From the NCBI GenBank assembly GCA_000965745.1, contig CP009479.1, positions 1,504,001-1,568,000 of the forward strand: a stretch of 64,000 nucleotides of DNA, in the 5' to 3' direction. Positions within the stretch are counted from its first letter, which is position 1. The number at the start of each line of letters is the position of its first letter. Shown one piece after another: positions 58,933 through 64,000 of the stretch. Under the pieces are notes generated by a model. That model did no database searches. It had not been told where the DNA came from and was given only the letters and a program-made list of their open reading frames with translations. Source of the DNA: an uncultured archaeon (GTDB taxonomy: Archaea > Thermoplasmatota > Thermoplasmata > Thermoplasmatales > Thermoplasmataceae). Made by a program: the position numbers and the translations under genes.

Positions 58933-58936
58933 TTTT

Positions 58937-59227
58937 CTACGATCCGGAAACTATGAACTTGAAGATTGCATAAAGCGTACCGCTGAGGGCAAGCACATAG
59001 ATCAGTGTACCAATGAATGCATTCTTAAGCCTGATTTTTGCGTCATATCGCCTATCTTCGTCTCCGCTGAAAAAAGAAATCGCGATGGGAACCCACAGAA
59101 GCCCGATTATTACGGCGGAAACAGAAGCCACAACTTCATAGATCCGGTTTACCACACCTGACAGCTGTGAACTAATGACCAAAACGGTATTAGAGAGAAA
59201 ATGAAACTCAATAGCACTTAATACCAT
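58937..59227 (-). CDS. VirB2/TrbC-like conjugative-type pilin
   Basis: Two hydrophobic helices joined by SGDEDRRYDAKIRLKNAFIG. Confidence 0.72.
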   Translation of the reverse strand: MVLSAIEFHFLSNTVLVISSQLSGVVNRIYEVVASVSAVIIGLLWVPIAISFFSGDEDRRYDAKIRLKNAFIGTLIYVLALSGTLYAIFKFIVSGS

Positions 59228-59259
59228 TTTTGAATGATATTAATGTAATATTTAACAAC

Positions 59260-59276
59260 TTGCCATTTTGTGGCAA
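59260..59276. promoter_or_regulatory. Inverted repeat just upstream of pilin-operon TATA box
   Basis: TTGCCA-N5-TGGCAA. Minus-strand TTAAATA at 59249-59255 is about 22 bp before ATG 59227. Confidence 0.4.
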
Positions 59277-59289
59277 ATTCAATAATGTT

Positions 59290-59784
59290 TCAGGGAGACC
59301 CCTTCGCCTCCTCTTTTATCTTGTGAAGAAGTCTCATCCTCTCCTTGCTTCTCTCTTCCCCATTGCTGAACCTCAGTTTTTCCTCGTCAGTCTCAAGCAG
59401 TAAGGGTGGAACCTCGGTTGGCCTGCCACTCTGGTCAACTGCAACGTAAGTGAGATAAGCTTTGGTAGTGAAGCTTGTAGTTCCCGTCAGGCCCTCCTGG
59501 GAAAACACGTCAACTTCAATTTCCATTGTTGATCTTGTCACATGGTTTATCCTCCCCTCCAATCTTACAATGTCACCGAGCTGTATTGGGGAAAGGAAGA
59601 ACAGGCTGTCAATGCTCCCTGTCACTGCCCGCCGCCTGCCATGTTTGATGGCAACTATGGAGGCGACATTGTCGATCCACTCCATCAGGTGCCCACCATA
59701 AAGGGCATTGAAAATGTTTGTATCAGCCGGCAGGACAAGTCGCTCAATCTCCGTCAATGATTCCTTCGGTGATTTCTTCTTCAT
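59290..59784 (-). CDS. Acyl-CoA thioesterase (hotdog fold)
   Basis: PADTN...LYGG.LM.WID and TYVAVD..GRP. Confidence 0.9.
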   Translation of the reverse strand: MKKKSPKESLTEIERLVLPADTNIFNALYGGHLMEWIDNVASIVAIKHGRRRAVTGSIDSLFFLSPIQLGDIVRLEGRINHVTRSTMEIEVDVFSQEGLTGTTSFTTKAYLTYVAVDQSGRPTEVPPLLLETDEEKLRFSNGEERSKERMRLLHKIKEEAKGSP

Positions 59785-59909
59785 GGTACTCCAACGTTTA
59801 ACCCGAGAAAATACATTCGGTTTGCCGATATCTGGGTGAGAAACCTCCTCTCGAAAGGGGCTGGCGGATGTCACGATCATCTATTATACACAAGACCTAT
59901 TCATCGTCC

Positions 59910-60587
59910 ATGGCTGACTTGGAGGCAGAGAAAAAGGCGGCTGCACTTGAAGCTATCAAGCATGTCAGGAATGGAATGCTATTGGGAATCGGTACCGGCT
60001 CGACCGTATCTTATTTCATGGAAGCTCTTGCCACAAAAGTCTCAGAGGGGTTGAAAATAACCGGGGTTCCAACTTCTAAGGCAACCGAATTAAAATCCCT
60101 GGAACTTGGCATCCCCATCACAAACAATCCCACGAGGAAGATGGATATCACATTCGATGGCGCCGATGAGGCAGATGCGAACGGCGATCTTATCAAGGGA
60201 GGTGGTGGAGCCCTTCTGAGAGAAAAGATAATCGCCTTCAACAGCAATGAGATGTATGTGATGGTGGACGGATCAAAACTTAAGGCTGCCGGTGAGCTTG
60301 GAGACTTTCCGCTGCCGGTAGAGGTAATACCATTCCTGGAGGACAGGACAAAGCTGAACATTGAAAACCTAGGCGCATCATGCTCATTCAGGTCAGGCAA
60401 AAGATTCATCACTGATAACGGAAACTACATTCTTGACTGCAAATTCGGCAAAATAGAAGACCCGAAGCTTCTCGAGTCTCAAGTCAAAGATATACCGGGC
60501 ATTGTAGAAGTTGGCCTGTTCTGTGGATACGCAAACAAGATATTCGAAGGCACCTCAGTAGGATGCAGGGTTCATGAAATCAAATAG
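59910..60587 (+). CDS. rpiA: Ribose-5-phosphate isomerase A
   Basis: GIGTGST, DGADE, IKGGGGALLREK and TDNGN. Confidence 0.96.
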   Translation: MADLEAEKKAAALEAIKHVRNGMLLGIGTGSTVSYFMEALATKVSEGLKITGVPTSKATELKSLELGIPITNNPTRKMDITFDGADEADANGDLIKGGGGALLREKIIAFNSNEMYVMVDGSKLKAAGELGDFPLPVEVIPFLEDRTKLNIENLGASCSFRSGKRFITDNGNYILDCKFGKIEDPKLLESQVKDIPGIVEVGLFCGYANKIFEGTSVGCRVHEIK

Positions 60588-60589
60588 AA

Positions 60590-60955
60590 TTATTGTTTGA
60601 AGGTCTTAAGCTGTTTTATATTTGAATTTATTTCGCTGATTTTGCTTTCAAGGTCCTGGATTATTTCTTCAAGAATCTCGTTGAAGTCCTTGGACAGCTT
60701 ATACCCATGAATAGGCCTGCCTTTACCTTCCTTCTTCATGTTTCTCTTGTTGATCCATCCCTTTCTCCTGAGCCACTGCATGGCTATCGAAACCTCAGGC
60801 TGTCTCAGTCCTGTCTCTCTCTCGATTTCAACACTGGTTATTTCCCCTTTGTTTCTGATATATACAAGAGTGTATGCAACGCTCCTCGGTATATCTGAAA
60901 TTATCAGATATTTCGCCAGGCGTTCGTTCTCCTCGGATAGGGTCATATCGTTCAA
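60590..60955 (-). CDS. Archaeal wHTH transcriptional regulator
   Basis: IERETGLRQPEVSIAM...GKGRP. Confidence 0.85.
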   Translation of the reverse strand: MNDMTLSEENERLAKYLIISDIPRSVAYTLVYIRNKGEITSVEIERETGLRQPEVSIAMQWLRRKGWINKRNMKKEGKGRPIHGYKLSKDFNEILEEIIQDLESKISEINSNIKQLKTFKQ

Positions 60956-61071
60956 TAATATTATAATTCTATAAATATGTAATGGTTGCCAAAAAATACT
61001 AAAATCGCAAGTCCCTAGATTAAGAATTTGATTTTTTTCTCTTATGTAATTTTAATGAAATCGGCAATAGA

Positions 61072-61338
61072 CTAAGTCTTTGCAAGTGCTTCGAGCCTGC
61101 TGATGATCGTATACAATGAAGCTCTTCCATGAGCTGGAACATTGGGATCATTTGCAATTTCATCCAGAAGAGATACGGCTGTAGCACATCTCAAGTCGAG
61201 GCTGTCCTCTTCCTTGGACAATGCTGACCTTGAATCTGTTGCCGTCTTTCGCACATTCTTTGGTACGGATGTATCCTGTGAAAGCTCGTCCAACAGAAAC
61301 ACTACTTCTTCTAACATTTTTTCATCCATAATTTTCAC
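61072..61338 (-). CDS. UPF0147 family protein
   Basis: DTSVPKNVR and DPNVPAHGR. Confidence 0.88.
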   Translation of the reverse strand: MKIMDEKMLEEVVFLLDELSQDTSVPKNVRKTATDSRSALSKEEDSLDLRCATAVSLLDEIANDPNVPAHGRASLYTIISRLEALAKT

Positions 61339-61649
61339 TCTCCCATTAGTTGGCCCATGTCTTTCTTTATTGTGAGCACCATCATAGTCTTTGACCCCCT
61401 GATGCCTGAAATCTGGCTCATCTTGTTTACCAGGAAATCCTGCAACCCATCGTAATTGGGGAATCTCACCTTGAGGATGATGTCGTAGTCTCCTGTTACG
61501 ATAAAGACATCTTCTGTAAAATTTTCTTTTGCGAGTTCACCGCCTATGGCTTCTACCCTGCTGACATCGGCTTCTATCCCGATCAGCGCTGTTACTATTT
61601 TGTTGGTATAATATTCATCAAGTTCTTTCGATATCTCAACATCGCTCAT
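61335..61649 (-). CDS. Lrp/AsnC ligand-binding domain protein
   Basis: VTGDYDIILKV and GI..SKTMMVL. Confidence 0.85.
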   Translation of the reverse strand: MSDVEISKELDEYYTNKIVTALIGIEADVSRVEAIGGELAKENFTEDVFIVTGDYDIILKVRFPNYDGLQDFLVNKMSQISGIRGSKTMMVLTIKKDMGQLMGE

Positions 61650-61807
61650 ACAACTCTCCCCCAGCTCCGCGGTTTAGCAACTTATTGGGCCATAATCTGC
61701 CAACCGAAGCCTACAATCATGCCTCGCCGTCTATAGCACAAATCAAAATAAGAGTTTCGCCGAAGCTGAATTCACAGTCAAAAAAATTGGGAAGGGCAGT
61801 TGTTGGA

Positions 61808-61969
61808 CTAGACAAACTCTTCTTCGAGTTCCATCATGACCTGGTTCAAAACTTCTTCGAACGTCCTGCCGGAATACTCCCTTAGACCTCCTATTTCGGT
61901 TCTGAGTTTGGCCAGGTATGTTCCGTCATCTTCGAGATCAAATTCAATATTGCAAATAAGTTCCTGCAT
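61808..61969 (-). CDS. Small acidic protein (53 aa, not in ORF track)
   Basis: MQELICNIEFDLEDDGTYLAKLRTEIGGLREYSGRTFEEVLNQVMMELEEEFV; GGAG SD upstream. Confidence 0.6.
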   Translation of the reverse strand: MQELICNIEFDLEDDGTYLAKLRTEIGGLREYSGRTFEEVLNQVMMELEEEFV

Positions 61970-62044
61970 TTTTATTTCAACTCCTGACGCCTTATTTATT
62001 TGTTGTTATAAATCTTTCCCGGATATCTACTTATTCATTTTGAC

Positions 62045-63064
62045 TCACTGTGACAGATCCAGGTATACCCTTCCGAATACCTTTCTCTCAAGCATGTCAC
62101 TATAAGCTTCATTAATCCGCTCTAGGGGAACTTTCTTCCCTATAATAGGTTTTATCTTTCCCTGTGAGGTCAGTTCCAGAGCTTTTTGCATATCCTTTCT
62201 TGTGGAACTTATGCTTCCTGAGATGCTGTTGCCCTTGAGTATGATCAGGCCCAGCGGTAGGTTTACAGGTTCAGGAGTGACATTTCCTATAACCACCATC
62301 CTGCCTCCTGTCCTTAAGCTCCTCAATGAACTATCAAATGTATGGATCCCGACATTTTCAAGAGCCACGTGTACACCGTCCCCTAAAATTTCTTTGATCT
62401 CCTTGTCGAATCTTCCTCCTGAATGAACTATGTGATCGGCACCCAAATTTCGTATCTGTTCTTCCTTCCACGCAGAGCTGGTTTCAGCAATAACTTCTGC
62501 CCCTATTGCCTTAGCGATCTGAATCGCATGCGCACCAACTCCTCCTCCGGCTCCAGTTATAAGAACCCTCATTCCACTCTTTAGTCCACCAACCTCATGC
62601 AGAGCATGGTAAACCATCCCCGTAACGCAGGCAGAGATTGCTGCACCTTCATGGGTAACATTTTCCGGAACTTTTACAACACTTCTTTCAGTGACCTTGA
62701 TATATTGTGCATAACCGCCATTCAGCAATTCTCCGTAGGTTCTCTTGTTCAGGCAGAGATTTTCGTTCCCTGATAGGCAGAACTCACATTTGCCGCATGG
62801 ATCATATATGAGGCTTGCCACCCTGTCACCGTTCTTGAAATCTTTGACGTCGGGCCCTGTTTCCACAATTACTCCAGATATCTCGTGCCCGGGCACTATC
62901 GGAGTTTTTACTCTTGGAAAAAAGCCATCTCTGGTGAGGATATCCCTGAAGCAGATCCCTGTCAGCTCCTGTTTGATGAGGATCTCGTTTCCTGACACCT
63001 CGGGCTTATCCAGATCTACAACTTCAAGAGGCTCCTTTATATTGTTGAGAACCGCAGCCTTCAT
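62045..63064 (-). CDS. Zn-dependent alcohol dehydrogenase family (acryloyl-CoA reductase-like)
   Basis: GICFRD, PGHE, CGKCEFC...C and GAGGGVG; start moved to MKAAVL. Confidence 0.88.
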   Translation of the reverse strand: MKAAVLNNIKEPLEVVDLDKPEVSGNEILIKQELTGICFRDILTRDGFFPRVKTPIVPGHEISGVIVETGPDVKDFKNGDRVASLIYDPCGKCEFCLSGNENLCLNKRTYGELLNGGYAQYIKVTERSVVKVPENVTHEGAAISACVTGMVYHALHEVGGLKSGMRVLITGAGGGVGAHAIQIAKAIGAEVIAETSSAWKEEQIRNLGADHIVHSGGRFDKEIKEILGDGVHVALENVGIHTFDSSLRSLRTGGRMVVIGNVTPEPVNLPLGLIILKGNSISGSISSTRKDMQKALELTSQGKIKPIIGKKVPLERINEAYSDMLERKVFGRVYLDLSQ

Positions 63065-63209
63065 AGATTGAAATAAACTCGGGATATAAGCCATCTTTGA
63101 TAGTGGAATTAAGGTCCAATATTCTGCCATCTTTGAATCTCTACCATCATAGGGCGTATTTTCAAAGAACTCATAAAAAGGTTTTATTGCCTGTAGTGTT
63201 TGAGGATTG

Positions 63210-63989
63210 ATGGTTGATGCCAGATATTCAAGGCAGTCAATTCTGCGAGTTTTTGAACCTGGCGACTTTGACAGGATCAGGGAATCCACCATAGTGGTTG
63301 TAGGGATTGGCGGAACAGGGTCGATGGCGGCAGACCTCTTTGCCAGGGTCGGGGTTAAGAAGCTGAAAATAGTCGACAGAGATTTTGTCTCAATTTCGAA
63401 TCTTCACAGGCAGATCCTCTACGATGACGATGATATTGGCGAACCGAAGGTGGCAGTCGCCAAAAGAAAACTGAACAGGATCAACCCGGACGTTTCCATC
63501 GAAGAATGCAATGCTGCATTTGATGCATCGAATGCGGAGGACTTGATATCCGATGCAGATTTGGTGTTTGACGGAACTGATAATTTTACAACGAGGCTCA
63601 TAATAAACGACGCGTGTGTAAAACTGCGAAAGCCATGGATTTACACATCTGCAATAGAAACCTATGGGGAAGTAAAAACAATCATCCCGGGAAAAACCTC
63701 CTGTCTTGCCTGTTATGTAACGATGCCCAATCAGAGGCAGCCTGTCTGCTCAGAGGTTGGTGTGTTCCCGTCCGTTCCGAACATGGTGGCATCCTTTGCT
63801 TTTACAATGGCGATTAAGGCTTTGACCGGTCACGAGGTCTCCGGAGATCTCTTTTTTTTCGATCCATGGAAGGGCGATACCCAGAAGCTGGCCATAAAGA
63901 GAAACGATAGCTGCAAATCGTGCTCAAGGAATGAATTTGAATATCTCGACAAAAAATATTCCTCTCTCGGTATAAGGCCGTTGATCTAG
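63210..63989 (+). CDS. ThiF/MoeB-family adenylyltransferase
   Basis: RYSRQ, GIGGTG, SNLHRQ, DGTDN and two CxxC motifs. Confidence 0.9.
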   Translation: MVDARYSRQSILRVFEPGDFDRIRESTIVVVGIGGTGSMAADLFARVGVKKLKIVDRDFVSISNLHRQILYDDDDIGEPKVAVAKRKLNRINPDVSIEECNAAFDASNAEDLISDADLVFDGTDNFTTRLIINDACVKLRKPWIYTSAIETYGEVKTIIPGKTSCLACYVTMPNQRQPVCSEVGVFPSVPNMVASFAFTMAIKALTGHEVSGDLFFFDPWKGDTQKLAIKRNDSCKSCSRNEFEYLDKKYSSLGIRPLI

Positions 63990-64000
63990 ACAGGGTGTGG

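Noticed and set aside
55760-59227. T4SS genes as part of the tRNA-Ala element or an intact ICE
   Set aside because: They lie about 48 kb away among core genes, with no relaxase, coupling protein or boundary repeats.
7775-63817. Numerous short antisense or overlapping ORFs in the track
   Set aside because: These are shadow frames of well-supported genes with no independent motifs.

Overview
This is archaeal chromosomal DNA, most likely Thermoplasmatales, judged from gene content: proteasome beta plus aCPSF1, GGGP and DGGGP synthases, class II HMG-CoA reductase, split transketolase, bacterial-type RibA and many leaderless genes. Bases 1 to ~7160 look like the right part of a plasmid/virus-like element integrated at tRNA-Ala(GGC). 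It carries a DUF3800-like gene followed by a structured RNA candidate, a nested IS630, small Zn-finger/AbrB genes, an NrS-1-like primase-polymerase and an SF3-like helicase whose 3' end hides an iteron array. The rest is mostly housekeeping (pur, pyr, nad, fol, rib, pentose phosphate, lipid synthesis, ftsZ). It also holds a two-ATPase type IV pilus locus, two tandem surface glycoprotein paralogues split by an IS3, and a hyaluronan-synthase-like GT2. The best candidates for undescribed biology are three. First, a chromosomal, relaxase-free four-gene VirB2/VirB6/PrgI/VirB4 operon (55760-59227) resembling the Ced/Ted DNA-import systems. Second, a CdrS-like regulator followed by a truncated FtsZ homologue lacking the GTPase motifs (45582-46751). 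Third, the DUF3800 gene-RNA pair. All family calls come from motif recognition by eye; no database searches were run.
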